This document shows positions 1 to 13,795 of a stretch of 64,000 nucleotides of DNA, one piece after another. Within the stretch, counting starts at the first letter, position 1. Every line of letters starts with the position of its first letter. The notes beneath the pieces were generated by a model. It searched no databases, was not told the DNA's origin, and saw only the letters and a program-made list of their open reading frames with translations. Source of the DNA: Marsupella aquatica (lineage: Eukaryota > Plantae > Marchantiophyta); NCBI GenBank assembly GCA_973895155.1, contig OZ316894.1, positions 3,026,031 to 3,090,030 of the forward strand, in the 5' to 3' direction. A program made the translations under genes and the position numbers.

Positions 1-43
1 GCCATCAAACTGACCATCGGGTACGTTTTTGAAAAGCGCTTAC

Positions 44-3000
44 ATTATTCCCAACGTTCAACACAAAATCACAAATTCTGTCCATGTCCGGACTGTACTG
101 GTCAAGGATGATCGGAATCGCGCATAAGTTGCCTTCCTTATCGATCTCCACCCCAAAGTATTCCTCTAACATCTCTGCTTTACCTTTGAGAAGATCTGAA
201 TTTAACTGCACAAGACCAGCCACATCAATATTTTATCTCCATCAGAACTCCCTTGATGGGTACATGGGACCATCAAGAGCCGTCACTCAACCAAAAGAAG
301 TACAAAAGAAGGGGAAAGGGCACCTCAGCAATCTGATCCTTGGGTCCATCGCTCTCATCCCAACTGCCCTCTCTGTTTAGGGCCATAATGAACAGGTCCC
401 TAATAGATGTCGGAGTACTCAGCTCAACCGACTCAAAGTGAGCAAACCGGCGCAATACTTGCTGGTAGAGAAGCTCTTTACTGCACAAATGATGGAGTTG
501 CAACCAAAATCTGCGTCAGATAGGTTCTGAGGCTGTCATTCGGTTAGATCCCCAGTGATGACATTGAGTTTCAGATCTCTGAACTCTAAATTCTAGAGGA
601 TTAGAGAGCCACATCTAAAACATCAGTGAAAGTGACTTTCATCATTCCATCACGAAACCCACTCAATCCATTGCATTCGGCTTCAATAGAGATGGCAGTC
701 CTGTTCAAAAATTCCCGCAAACGATTGTGCGAGGTTAATGAAGAGAGGTCAGCAGAAGCATGCAATTTTGATAATGCAAGTCAATCTATGAAGCCATCCA
801 TCAGTATCCTGTCAATGTTTTTCGGATACTTTTAAATATCCAACTATTAAAGTGGACAAAAGATCAGTGTGCTGGTGACGTCCAACGGTGGGGCCCCGGA
901 TCTTTATCTTAAGCTTATATTGGATCTGAACAATCTCAGGTTCCCTCTGTAATTGCATCTTTCCCCACGAAGTAGGACCAGCATCAGCACGAGAAACAAA
1001 CTTGTTGTGGACGATAAGTCCAGGGTTTCTCTGGGCAAATAAGCTTCAAACTGAACTGTTCAGGCTGCGATATCTCACCTTAAGTCCACCACGTTCAGTA
1101 GATAGAGACCGGTCTTATATTGAGCCAAAGCCAAAGTTGCGTCCGCCATCCCCACATAGACACAATTCTTGACAATATCTGTCATTTCTGATCCGTCCAC
1201 AACGCAAGGATGGCCAACAAGTATAAGGACATGATGTCATGAAGCAACTAGTGAAATTTGTAGTGCTCTTTTGCAACTGCTTTCTAAGAGGAAAAAAGTA
1301 ACAATCGTTCTTGGCAAGTATAGAGAGACAGGAAAGGCTTGCGTCAGTACTTGACGACACACAAGACGAAATATCAACAACCTCATATATATATTTTTTA
1401 CACAGAGACATGAATTTGGCTTCAAACTAAGTCACGGCAGACTGGGAACCTGAATGGGTGTCTTGATCGACGTCAGCAAGGAGTTCTTGGACGCTAGTTA
1501 AGTCTGCACTCTCTTTGGGGTTGCGCCTTTGCCTGACCAACTTTCTGCCATTACCAAGACCAACATTTCAAGCTAATTTAGCACATACAGTAACTTCGTC
1601 AATGAGAACGTAAGTTATTGCCTACCCTTTTTGGGGGTCGACTTTCCTGGATTAAGATCGTATTCAGGAGAAATTCATAGATCCAAAGGAACGTGCTCCA
1701 CACCCCGCCCCCCGTCCCCCCCACCACCACGCACACACAGCCAAAACCCACCCCCACACACAACTATTGTACCACCAGCTTTCTCTCATTTCATTATGGG
1801 TAGTAAGTCCTTTGGATCATGTATACCTGGTTACGGCTAGATCTTTCTTGTCGTTTGCTGGATCAGAAGTCTTGGTCTGCATATACGCATGAAGCCTCCC
1901 TGCTGGAATGAGTGCATCTGTACGGACCAGCTTGTTGACAGGCACCTTCTTCGGAGGTCGTTGAGCTACCATACCATTTGAGTTTTAGTACTACTTCGAA
2001 AAACTGAGCCGTTCGATTCGTTACACGAAGCAAATTGTCGGCCAACTCTAAACTGATTGAATCTTTGTATCTGGTTCTCACCAAGTGTAACAAGTGAGCT
2101 CTCCTCTTCATCCTTGCTGGCTGGAGTCGCTGCTGCTCCTGGGAGGAGTGTCTATCACAACAATCATCTCATAAAGCATTAACGACAACCTCCAACGCAG
2201 CTGTACTTTCCCCAAATTCTCTCCAGGCCATCCCATATATATTAATTGCATCTACGCGCATCTCATCGTTTTGAAGTCCTCAACTCTTCCATTTTCTCAG
2301 AGCAACGGGATGTACGGATCAAGTAATAATAAACCACAAACTAGGTGCCCTCTTTTCAGGACGTGCAGCTGAATTATCTTAGGTTTGGAGAAAGAATATA
2401 TCACGAATCATTCTAGACAAATAGATCGGAACAAGTGCAAAGGACGTGAAGTGATGTCGAGCATCCTTACTTGGGTATAGAATGTTCTCGACGTATTCGA
2501 CTGCATCAGTTGCCCTTCGACAGCCTTCTGTATGGTCTCCACCATACTCTCTTGATTGAGAAAACTGACCTGCCAGTTTAGAAAAAGCAACTTCGTTAGA
2601 TGCACAACCCGCATTATCATAGTATTCGCAAAATAGCTTTCACAACACAAGCTAGTGATAAACAGTGTTTTTCACATCTGCTGCTACTCAGATCATGGTA
2701 TTAATTTCGAAATAAGCACGCACCTCTCTTTTGGTGGGGTGAACATTGACATCCACATGTGATGGAGGCATAGCTATGGACAAATATAGGAATGGTTTGG
2801 ATGCTTTAGGCAGTATCGTGGCATATACCACTTCGATTGCCTTTCTCAAGGTATTACATTCTACCAAACGATCTGCATATATCAATCATCAGCATCAGCT
2901 ACATAACAACCTTTCAGTATGGTCAAACGATGGTGAGACTATTTATAGCAATGTTATGAAAATTTTGAAGCTTGACAATATTCAAGAGGGGTCCGAGCAA

Positions 3001-5334
3001 TGCCTTTCAATAAAAACTACTGTAAACTTTCACCCATGAGAATGGACTAGTAAAATTAGCAGTTAGGACCACTGCAACTGAGAAAATTATTTAGAAGCAA
3101 TCATGGGGGGTGACATGGTATTGCTTGTGACGTGATACCATTTATGAAGAGAACCATTGTCGTCTTTTTCGCACTGTAGTTGGCACTCGAGATCCAGCTC
3201 GTCAGTTGAAAAGTTGCACCCGACGAACCATCATCAGAGACCGTCATGCGAATAAGCTCCCGAGCCACGTTTGGACCATAAACAGACCTTATGGCATTCA
3301 ATGGCGAATCAGATGCTGCTGAGTGAACGTCTGCCCTGTTTTCCCCATGCTACGGTAGATAAACAGAGAGATGAAGCATTAAGACAACGCTGCAGTTCTC
3401 TCCTGCTCAAACAAAACTCTCCTAGATATCCATCATCTGCGAATTTTGGGGACCGAGCGGTACAAGATAGTTCCAACTTATTTGAAAATCCTTTCTACAT
3501 TTGCGACTGACGTCTTCTGGATGGAAATGGATGCCACAGACTATGTAAGCCACACTTCACAGCGAGAGAAAAATCCTTCCAGGCTTTTAAAAGGTCCACG
3601 GATCTCAATCAAAGACGGGAAGACCAAGGTATTGCAGTGAGAGCAAAGGATAAGAGATCAGCTCAGTAAAATTAAAGTAAATAAATTAACCTTTTTGCAT
3701 GAAAATCTGGCTCCTATTTTGTGAATTGCATATCGGCTGATCACATCCAGGATGCGACCGTACTCCTCGTTTGGGTTTTTAAATGCCTTTCTCCTTGCCA
3801 CCACGTTGTAAAATAGATTCTCCACCTGAAAGAGATAGTCATCAAGCACCTCCGAAGTCAAGCTCCAATGAAGGTGCACCAAGCAAAGTTTGACATGCCA
3901 TCGTAATAACTTGAACTCGGCTGCAGCTTCCATAAATATGTGAAACTACACACAAAATGAAAATTCATTGATTTGTGGTTACACAGGCATGAATAAATAG
4001 CTTGCACTAACCGTGACTAGTGTTCCTTTCAGTGCAGCACAAGGCCGTGGATTTCCCACCATAACCCCATCCTTATATGATGCCCTACAGCAATGAAACA
4101 ACCGGATTGTGATACTCGTCTCGCATCAGAGAATAAGCCTTTTCTCTGTAACAGAAGAACTTCCATCTCTCTTCAATATATGGGACCCCTATTGAATCTA
4201 AGTCCCATACAAGTGTCAGCTTGCATCAGACACATGTCAAAGACAGTTCTTACTTGTAACCATGAGTTTTGCCTTCAGTCATCGTCGTCACGGATACGTG
4301 GGCAACGTAAGTCATGCTTGCAAGGGCCTCTCCCCTAAACCCCAGAGTATTGATGCTTTGTAGGTCTTCAAAGTCGCGAAGTTTTGAGGTTGTGTGCCTT
4401 TCGCAGAGGACAGGAAGGTCTTCGAGCTGCCATCCGAACCCCAGAACAAAGATTCAATCCACCGTTAGTAAGGTCTCACTTCACTGTCAGTTGGACTGGC
4501 GAGCTCATGATTGGAACATATGGAGGCAATGGATCTGCTGCTTCTAGCTAATAATGAATGATTGTTGCTAAGGCCAAGCCTCTTGTGGCAGCACTCTTGC
4601 CGTATTTCACCTGCCGTCCCCTTGTTTCAATTTCACTCGGTTTCACTGAGTAGCACAAATAATATTTCGTCAACGCGTATGGGCACAAGATGTTGTCTCT
4701 CTACACCCAAACGATATCAGGCGGGACAGAAAAATAACAGAAGTCCACAATCTGTGAAGGGATCGAATAGGCATGATTTACGCCGGCGTAACGACCTCGA
4801 CTTAATTATAAAATTGGCCGACAGTCATGACAATACAAAGAATTACGAACAATAGAATGAATAATAGAAAACTACGCCGACTGATGAGCCCGAAGACGTT
4901 GAAAGGTTCTCAAATTGAAATCCAATTGAATTGAATTAATTTCGGGGTTCAAATCAATTCAAAAAGAGGGAAGGGACAGAAAGTACTCGACAGCGACAGC
5001 TTGTCAAAAGAAAACCAAATTCAAGTGAACAGATATGATAGCACAAACGGACCCGAATTCCGTGTCCATTGTCGCTAATTTGGATGAGTTTAAGCCCGCC
5101 ATCCTTCACAATCACGCTTACAGTTGTAGCGTCTGCGTCTAAACTGTTCTCGAGCAACTCTTTCAGAGCGGACGCTGGCCTCTGTATTACTTCCCCTGCT
5201 GCTATTCGGTTTACCACTGCTTGTTCCAAGCGACGGATGGGAGCTGGTTGCACAACGGGTGGAGGCAAATCCAGTTGTTCTCCAAGTGGTAATGGCAAAT
5301 CCATGTCCGGCAAATCTTCACCCGTCTCCACCAT
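44..5334 (-). CDS. MLH1: DNA mismatch repair protein MLH1 (MutL family), multi-exon, 3' end outside the window
   Basis: Exon 1 (5053-5334) has [28 protein letters not shown]...[17 protein letters not shown] (MutL GHKL ATPase N-terminus). Further GT-AG exons: 4254-4426 (RHTTSKL...[12 protein letters not shown]), ~4012-4084, ~3691-3825 ([15 protein letters not shown]), ~3138-3348, ~2724-2872 ([11 protein letters not shown]), ~2471-2569, ~1855-1945, ~1450-1545, ~1080-1190, ~323-481 ([11 protein letters not shown]), ~44-205 ([13 protein letters not shown]). Some internal boundaries are approximate. Confidence 0.96.
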
Positions 5335-5550
5335 TCCTAGGAGAGTAGTTTAGGACCAAATTAGGTTCTCCGTTTAGTTTAGCATTCAGAGAACTCCATC
5401 TCCACCGAGCAAAGAGAATTGCAGGACCTCCCGAAATAACGACCGAATCAGTTTGCTGACGCCCTCTTCGTCTCGCACCACAATCTCAAAAGAAAACACC
5501 ATCTGCAGCCTGCCTTGTACTAATTCGCGTAATTTGAGTTATAAAGGCCT

Positions 5551-5560
5551 AAACCCTAAA
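5551..5560. promoter_or_regulatory. telo-box (AAACCCTAA) upstream of MLH1
   Basis: ggcctAAACCCTAAacctagg about 220 bp upstream of the MLH1 ATG; telo-boxes are known plant promoter/5' UTR elements. Confidence 0.5.
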
Positions 5561-6158
5561 CCTAGGATTCACTGACGGTCTGCATCGGAAAACCAAGATT
5601 GTTTTGCTGACGCGGTCTTCAGCTGGCAGCAACAACTCTAGGCGATGACACAATCTGCAGCCTACTGTTCTCATCTTAGGTAGAATTGAGGCATTTAGGG
5701 ACGACAAGCACAGAGCCGACGGACCGGTGAGAGCATCCGCATCTTTCACACCGGCTTTTCAATTGCCAGTGAAAAGTCGAAACGGGGAGATTCAGCAGCG
5801 GAGTCGATCTCTTTGCGATGGAAACTCAGAGCTGGTCGCACTCTGCAGACTTTCATCTGCCGCAGCTGTTCAGAGGCTGAAACTCAGCTCAGCGCTCTGG
5901 AACAAAGGGAATCGAGCTTTCTCGTGGAAATCGAAATTAGAGATGACAGCTCAGGGAATGGAGAGCACGAATGCGGTTCTCCATCAACATTACTCTGTCT
6001 ATTTCTTCACCCTTCCGGAGTACAGAACGTTTCACCATAAGCGGACCAGCTCAAATTGACAAACTGATTTGAGATTCTGTTGAAAGCAAGGGCTGAAGAA
6101 ACACTCCACATGTGTGATCGTTGCGCTTCAGCATTACGTACTCTGTTTTTCAAAACAT

Positions 6159-6167
6159 TTTCCCGCC
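6159..6167. promoter_or_regulatory. putative E2F site TTTCCCGCC upstream of MLH1
   Basis: Exact match to the TTTSSCGC(C) consensus about 0.8 kb upstream of a DNA repair gene. Function is inferred. Confidence 0.45.
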
Positions 6168-7064
6168 AAACTCGAGTTAATACACGACGTATTTTTGGGG
6201 GCAAACAAAAGCCAAATTAGATCATACTAAAATTTTGAGCTATACGGCTTTTTACTAAGGTGTCCTCCAAATTGACCCAATTTAGTTACTCCTCCCCCAA
6301 ACTAAATTATTTCTCAAGTGTCCCACACCCCCCCCCAATTTGTATATTGGGTTAAGTAAACCACAGGAGTTAACCTGAGGTTGGCCCTCATTGGTCTGAT
6401 GCCACATGGCAAGGTGCTACTTGCGCGCTACCCTGGTCAAGAATACTCGGGCCGCTCCTCACCCCCTATTGCAAATTAGGGTCATTGGGCCCTTTTGGCT
6501 GACGATCACCCTGCTCCTGCCCAAAGCCTCCCAAGCCCTACAACTGCCCTGCGCAAACTCCCGTTTTCTCCCCAAAAAAGTTTGAGTGTTTACACATTTG
6601 CCCCTTACATAGGTGTAACTGTTTTTTACCTTCACGAGGGCAACGATTACTGCAAGAAAGAAGGGAAATAGCAAAGGGAAGAGGGTGCAAGGGAAGGTGT
6701 ACGACCTCCCATTGCGGTCTGTCGACCTCTTAAGCCTGGCGTCCCCATCCCCGGCAGCTCTATCCTGAATTTTATACATTCAAGTCTTCAATGTCCTGCA
6801 GCTTATTTTGAATGCGAGAGAGTTAGCGTTGTTGAGGCAGTCACCCATAGCACGTCAAGCAAGGGCCTGGACCAGGGCGGGTAGGACTGCTATCAAATTA
6901 TCCCTTAGAATTGATAAGTATACTAACTTGAAGACTTCCCCTAGCCCATTGGTAAGCACTTCCGCCTCCCAACCAGCAGGTTCGAGGCTCACGCAAAGTG
7001 AAATTATGCTCATTTGCATCTACAATTGTTCCCTTTATTAAGGTACCAAAATAGAACAAAAAAA

Positions 7065-7092
7065 CCCTAAACCCTAAACCCTAAACCCTAAA
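7065..7092 (+). repeat. interstitial telomere-type repeat (CCCTAAA)4
   Basis: ccctaaa x4 read directly (Arabidopsis-type TTTAGGG on the other strand). Confidence 0.9.
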
Positions 7093-9666
7093 CCAAATCC
7101 TCATGAGTGAGTACATAAATGTAGGGTTTTAGGTTTCACAGGCAATAGGGAAAAGGGATGTGGAGGCAAAGGGGCAATGTGGCTAGGCATATCACTCATT
7201 TGCAAACTCTAGTCCCCAAAGTACTCTTTCTTGTCTGGTCTCTTCTCTTTCCCTTTGTATTTGTTCACATATTTGTTTTGTCCATTTTTTTCATTTTATC
7301 GTGTATGGCATGGCATCCCGTCTCTGTGTAAAGGTTAGGGATAGTTTGTTACAGGTTAGAGGTGTTTTCTTATAGATAGGGGTTTGGCTTTAGCATAGGG
7401 TTCTATGATAATAGGGGGCCAGCCCCCCGATCTTCCAAATGGGGGGCAAAAATGTCAACCAAGGGGAGGGGGGTCCACCAAGAGAGCGTTATTTGAGTGA
7501 TGATACAGATTACAAGAAGATACGGAGATTAGATACCAAGCCACAAATCTGGGTCCCACTTGAACTGTGGAATGAGTGGGAGGACCTCCGAGATTTGCTT
7601 GGACCAGACGCAACACACTCTACCATTATGACATGGCTGCCCGATCGCGTGCGACCTACGGTTGAGGAGCTTTGAGCATGACGAGTAGCAAAGGCAACCC
7701 AAACTTGGCCCGAGGCAGTACTGGCACCCACGGGTAGCGAGATCCAGGTCAGCCTTCACAACCACCTCAGGTGCGGACACTCTTCTATTTGCTGATTTAG
7801 TTATGGCTTCCATCATTGCATTGCAAGTGAGTCAAGATATATATTGTTTTCCATAAATTGTGTTCAAGCTTTAGGTCTCCTAGGTTATCATCTTCGATAT
7901 GAAAATTGCATGAGGTAGTGTTTTCATTGCATGTTTTCCCCTCTTCACCCAATTTATTAGCCAAACCAACACATTATGGTACAGACTTTCGTTGTAACCC
8001 ACATGTGAAGTAAAATAACAAACCAAAAATGGATAAATTATGAACCCAAAAATTAGGATACACCTTTTAAACCCAGAATTAGGGCACACGTAACATACCT
8101 AATATTACCTAATATAATACCAAACAATAAAATTTGGGTCGCAAAATTTGGGAAAGCATTACTAATACCCATTGGCACCCATTGTTTGTCCACAAATAGC
8201 CAACTCTATCGGGTGTCCCCACTTTCTATCCTTCATAAGCTGATCGCCCTGCCTTCAGGACATGACCATGGCCCAAGTAGCTAGCCCTCAAAACTCAGAG
8301 TCTGTCTGGGGGTCCGTATGCCCGTCCGTATGGTCCACCCTTGGCTTCGCCCTTCCCATGACCTAACTAGCTCCTAACTCCAATCTAAGTCCCTTGTATG
8401 CGCCACTAGCTCAATGCATCACCTTTGCTAGTGCAACACTTTCTTGTCCACAAGTTTCCTCATAGTTAGTCCCCTCCAAATGGCCGTCCCTGGGGGCTTG
8501 GACCATAGAGGATCTTGGCGTCAGAGTTAGTGCTGTCGAAGCTAAGTGGTAGTATGGTGAAGTTTTGTGACTCTTTTGTCACAATACCAAAGCAGCAAAT
8601 TAGGGTAGATTATTATTGGGTCGTGTTTAGGGTTTGGGTTACCATAGAATTGTGTCGTCATACTCCCTAGAATAAAATTCTAATGTTTTCAATGTTTTTG
8701 CATCATCTATAATTTCCAAGAACATTATCCAAGATGCAAGGGATTCACATGTCTTGGAGGATATTCTCTTGGAGGAGTAAATTGTTGAACGATATGCTTT
8801 GGATGCAGAAGATAAAAAAATTTATCAAGATGATGATCCAAATGCTCTCACGGCTTTAGGAGCAAACTTCACTATGAATGAGGGTATTGTCTAAGTATGA
8901 GTCTCTCCTTCCAACACTCTAGTATGCAAAGGTAATTCCATTATAATTAATACAAACAAATGGGAAAATGTCTGATTGCCAACTTTGTGGGGTTCTTTTA
9001 CCAAGAACCATCAATTGTCCCTGACTCTCAACCTATATGACCTGCTTCCATTGGTGATCCTATTTAAGCTTTCTTTAGTTCTTGACTCTCATTCTACGGG
9101 ACCTTTAGACACAAGTAATGTTTAGAGCACCACGTACCTCATCTTCCAACTACTATTGCATTTTTTGAGTGCTACCTGATGGTTACTTTTGTGGATAGGC
9201 TATTTGAGGACTCCGAGAGCTAAGCGAGTGACAAAATTGCATCAACTTTAGTCAATTCACATGGTTTTGGGGAGGTTGGTCATGCTTAGACTTTTGTTAC
9301 AGGCGACAATGAGTTTGGGAGGTGTTCTTCTTTGATTATCCCTTAGTTGTATTCCCGGTTGTATTATTCCACCCGTTGTGTAGGCCTCACCTATACGTTC
9401 TTAGTTGTTGTTGCAACGCATCTTGGCTCCAAAAATATCATTCAAACTGTTTACAAAATTATTCTCTTACATGTCCCTACTGCAGTAGATTGGCATGACT
9501 TTCAAAATGGTCATGGGCGACCTCACAATGGGTAGATAGTTGAAACAACAGTGATGTGTGGCAAGAGCTGAAGAATGAGATTGAGCAGAGGCAAGCAACT
9601 GAGATTGGTAAGTAATTGAATGTTATAGGCCCTAAATGATTTTTTAGGGTACTCAAGGGTTATGCT

Positions 9667-9743
9667 TAGTGTAGTGTAGTGTAGTGTAGTGTAGTGTAGT
9701 GTAGTGTAGTGTAGTGTAGTGTAGTGTAGTGTAGTGTAGTGTA
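9667..9743. repeat. (GTAGT)n pentanucleotide microsatellite, about 15 units
   Basis: Perfect tandem gtagt run; it generates the spurious HYTTL ORFs. Confidence 0.97.
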
Positions 9744-12019
9744 CATTTTGCTGAAGTTTCAACATTGAATCGGACTATAGGATTGAGATCATTGTGACAC
9801 TCTATTATTGTTGTAAAGAAGTATGAAAAATCAGCCTGGACCTCTTTCAATGTTAGTGACAATCCTGACAGTGGGTGGATCAACCTCAATACATCACTAG
9901 GATCCTACCAAGTTAGATTGTAGGTCCCATACATTGCCATGTTCGATCAATGTGGCTTTCATTTTTTTAACTATTGCCATGTTTGACACATAAGAATTCA
10001 CATCAATTACGACACACACTCATAGCAAAGATTGCATTGCCGCGAGCAAAGGTTCTCAGACTAAAACTATAGTCCTTCCAGCAGAAAATGCAGTACTACA
10101 TTGTGACTTGCAACAATAGCAGCAAAGAGGTGACAAACTTGCAGCAAGCTAGAACATCCAAATTGCAGCCTGAACTCCAGCAAATAGGGCACAGACTTGT
10201 ATCAGTAAATTGCAGCCCAAACTCCAACAAAGGGACCAGATTCACCGCCAAAAATTGCAGCCACAACCCAAACTCTCAAACAATAGCACATTTGTAACTT
10301 CTTTGGTCAAGCTCAAGCTAAAGTAACAGCAGAGCTTTAATGAACAATATGAGCCAAATTTTGCAAGAGAATTGTGAACAAAATCCAGCCAAATTGATCA
10401 GGAAAAATCAAGCACAAAAATGATCAGCATTAGATCAGAAATATGCAGCACCCGGGGCAACACCCTCTGGCGGCCTGATGAGGCAATAGAGGAGGCAAGC
10501 AGCAAGGTTGGGCAGTGAGGCAACAAGAGCTTTGCAGGGCTGGCTATGGCAGCCACCATGTCTTTGAAGTGGGGAGGCGAGCAGGGCTGCTCCTTTGCTT
10601 TGCAAGGACTGCTAGGGCTGGAGCCTGGGAGTGCTGCAGTGAGTGGGTAGGCAGGCCCTGCATAGGCCTGGTTGGCAGCCCGTGTGAGGGACGGGCTAGG
10701 CATGACACCCCTCCAGTCTGTCCCATCTGGGGAGAGTGACCAGTACGCATGGGCAGAGCCTTAGAGGGTCTTTAAACCCCAAGTTTAACATTTTCTCTTC
10801 AATGTGACATTGGCCACCGTAGAGAAAAAACAAAAACCTGAAAGGCTACCTTGGTACATATTGAACCCGCTTAGTACAAAGATTGATGAGGGTGGAAATA
10901 TTGCGAAATGTAGCTTTTTGGGGTATTCTTTGTTTTTCCTTGATCATTACATCTGAATGAATTTAAGGAGAACTGTCACATGGTGACCCCATGGTTTTGC
11001 AAGAAACAGGATAATAAGACCCCCAAAAGTCATTCAGATGGAGGTGCAATTTGGTATACTTTTGCCACTAAAAAACCCTTCATCATTTTGTTTGTAGGAT
11101 ACTTATTATGTCAAGGATGCCAAAAAGGCTACCCATGGGACCATACCCATCTTCCCAAAAAATACAACACCATGGGACTAGATTTGAATAGTGGCACAAG
11201 AGTTTAAAGAATATATTTGACTTTCGAACAACACAATGGTGTGTTCAAAAAGCAATATCATGAATATTCAAGATGGAAGAGCTTTGATACATGTTCCTTG
11301 GCCAACTGTAGCTTTCAATCTTGTGCTTGTATTCAGAACCAAAGTTTTTGAATGTTAGTATCTTGGTTCAAATTGATACACTAGAGCCATCTTCAATACA
11401 AAATATCAATCAATCTATACACATTCAATTTGTTCTACTAAATTCATCATACAGTAGTGAAGGCGACTTCAAACTAGTAGTCCATATGTTGATGCATTAT
11501 CTCTTTGTAACTCTAGAGATAAATTTATTTATTTTAATTACTCTGATATGCATCATCATGCTTATAAATAGAATAAGGTACATTGGGGATAATCCATTCT
11601 AACTTTTCTTGACCACTAGAAGATTTAGCCATACTTTGAGCCATGCCAATCTTTTTAACATTCATTTCTTTGCTATCCAAGCCAAAGGACACCCCACCTT
11701 GAAGTTTCCCAAAAGACTTGAAGCCTTAAGATCTTATCAATCATCTAAAGAATTATCATTTAATCATTCCTTTGTTATATGACCAAGCAATGCACCACCT
11801 TTAAGTTCCCAAAGATATTTCAACCTTTTAAAGATCTATCACTCGTTCATTTGCTATTCGGGCTAAAAATTGTCTCCCCCCTAATTCTCACTTGTAGAAA
11901 ATGAGAATTTAAAGAGAGACTACATTTGGTTAACAACTAAAAAAGGAGTGGAATGCATGAGTCCCTCTCATCTTTGTTTATAATGCCCAAGAGTTTGCTA
12001 GAGTATGTAGCACAAATAT

Positions 12020-12360
12020 CATAGAAAATGTAGTGCAAGTATAACATGCACCCTATAGAATGCATAATGTAGATTGTATACTAGTGTAACATGCATGTTT
12101 TAAATCATACCTAATGGCGTGCATACTCTGTATTGTACACTACAATATGCATGTGATACATTGTACATTGTAGCATGTATATTGTGAGTCAATTGTATAC
12201 TCTTACATTGTAGCATGCATATTAAAGATTAAATATTATAGCATGCATGGTATATACAGTACATTGTAACACACACACTGTAGATTGTACACAATAAAAT
12301 ACATATTATAGATAGTGCATCGTAGCATGCATACTATAGATTGTATACTACTAGTGAATG
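12020..12360. repeat. degenerate minisatellite (tgtagcatgcat.. / tagattgtatac.. units)
   Basis: Recurrent short motifs such as 'tagattgtatac' and 'attgtagcatg'. Confidence 0.6.
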
Positions 12361-13379
12361 TGCCCTTATTATTTATGTAACCATATATAATAATTTTTCC
12401 TATTTTTTCTATTTAATTATACAAATTAATGGTTGATCATATTAGATATCATCACACTACCTAGAACACAAGTTCACATGGTCATAATATAGTTACATAG
12501 ATCATAGATTAGAAATTGTAAATAACCTTTAAATCACATATTATGTTGATTAAAAAATATACATAATAATCTAAAACATGCAATGATCAATCTCAAGTGA
12601 GATGCTGTAGCTATGGCTTTTAGTTGAAAATTTATCGTGTATGAGAAACTATCACTATTTTGGGTGGGGAGGGGGCAATTCACTTCCACAGACGTGGCAT
12701 ATGTGCGACAAAATATAGGCCCATATAAATGGGTGTGACAAAAGAGAAGTTTTGTGGAAGAACAAATATGGCATGCTTTATTGATTGATCGGCTTTAAAG
12801 AAAAATAAGCCTATTTAATTATAAAAAATACTTTAAAAAAAGGTTTGAAGGGTTTTTCAGTAAACAATGACAAATTTTAAAGAAACAAAGGATGTTGCAA
12901 AATAAATTTGACTTATAAATTAGGGGGGTCAAGCTTGAAAATGTTGCATGCAATGTATGGCCCTCCGTATAGTGACCCTTTCTCCCCCCCCCCGAGATCA
13001 CTATCAATGTTACAACTGGTTATTATTTAGCTTTAAACATAGTTGTTGTGCAATCCATAAATAATTACATTAAGTTTTTACATTATCAAGTGTCCAATAA
13101 GAAGGGTGATTGTCCTCGAGTGATTGTTAATCCTTGCCATAGTCTTTAGTTGCTAGATTAATATAGTTTCTTGCCGTGGTCTTCACCTATTGTATTGGTG
13201 TAATCTTTTGCGGTGTGGTTTTCAGTTGTTGTAATGGCATAATCTACCCTGAATTTGTGTAAGCTTCATTCAATCTTCTAGCTCTTTGAAGAGAAAACAA
13301 ACTTATGATTCATAAAGATACTGATTGCAAAACTCCAGGAAGCGTGTTTATTAATTGTTTAACAATGCTCATTGCATCC

Positions 13380-13795
13380 TATAGCCTCTATGCTCTCTTG
13401 TCAGATTTATCGCCGCATCTCTCAATTTATTTGAGCTACTTCTATGGATAGTGTATCACATGCTACTCTGATAGCTTCTGTGCTATATTGTCAGATTATC
13501 CGCTTTAGTCTCTTATTTGAGTTCGTGATACTATATCTCTAGTTCCATTCATTTGAGCTGCTTTCTAAAGACAGTGTATCACATGCTACTCTAATAGCCT
13601 CTATGCTATCTTGTTATCCACTTTAGTCTCCTATTTGCATTCATGATAGCGTCCGTCATACCCCATCTCTCAGTTTATCGAAGCTGCTTCTAAGGATAAT
13701 GTATCAAATGCTACTATAATAGTTTCTATATGCTATCTTGTCGGATTATCCGCCTTAGTCTCCTATTTGCATCCATGATAGCGTCCGTCATATCG
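13380..13795. repeat. ~125 bp tandem repeat, 3-4 diverged copies
   Basis: Repeated 'gtgtatcacatgctactct..atagc..cta.gcta..ttgtcagattatccgc..tagtctc.tattt'. Confidence 0.8.

Larger units (their letters stand above)
6250..11700. mobile_element. highly degenerate transposon-like region, family unassigned
   Basis: Broken coding-like stretches on + (7439-7675 ORF; acidic stretch ~8740-8890; Cys/His pieces ~10980-11350) among low-complexity DNA. No intact catalytic motif or convincing termini. Confidence 0.3.

Noticed and set aside
9523-9889. ORFs with HYTTL repeats
   Set aside because: They are translations of the (GTAGT)n microsatellite.
13008-13363. Solo LTR (TGTT...AACA)
   Set aside because: Flanks do not form a target-site duplication, so the boundaries are unsupported.
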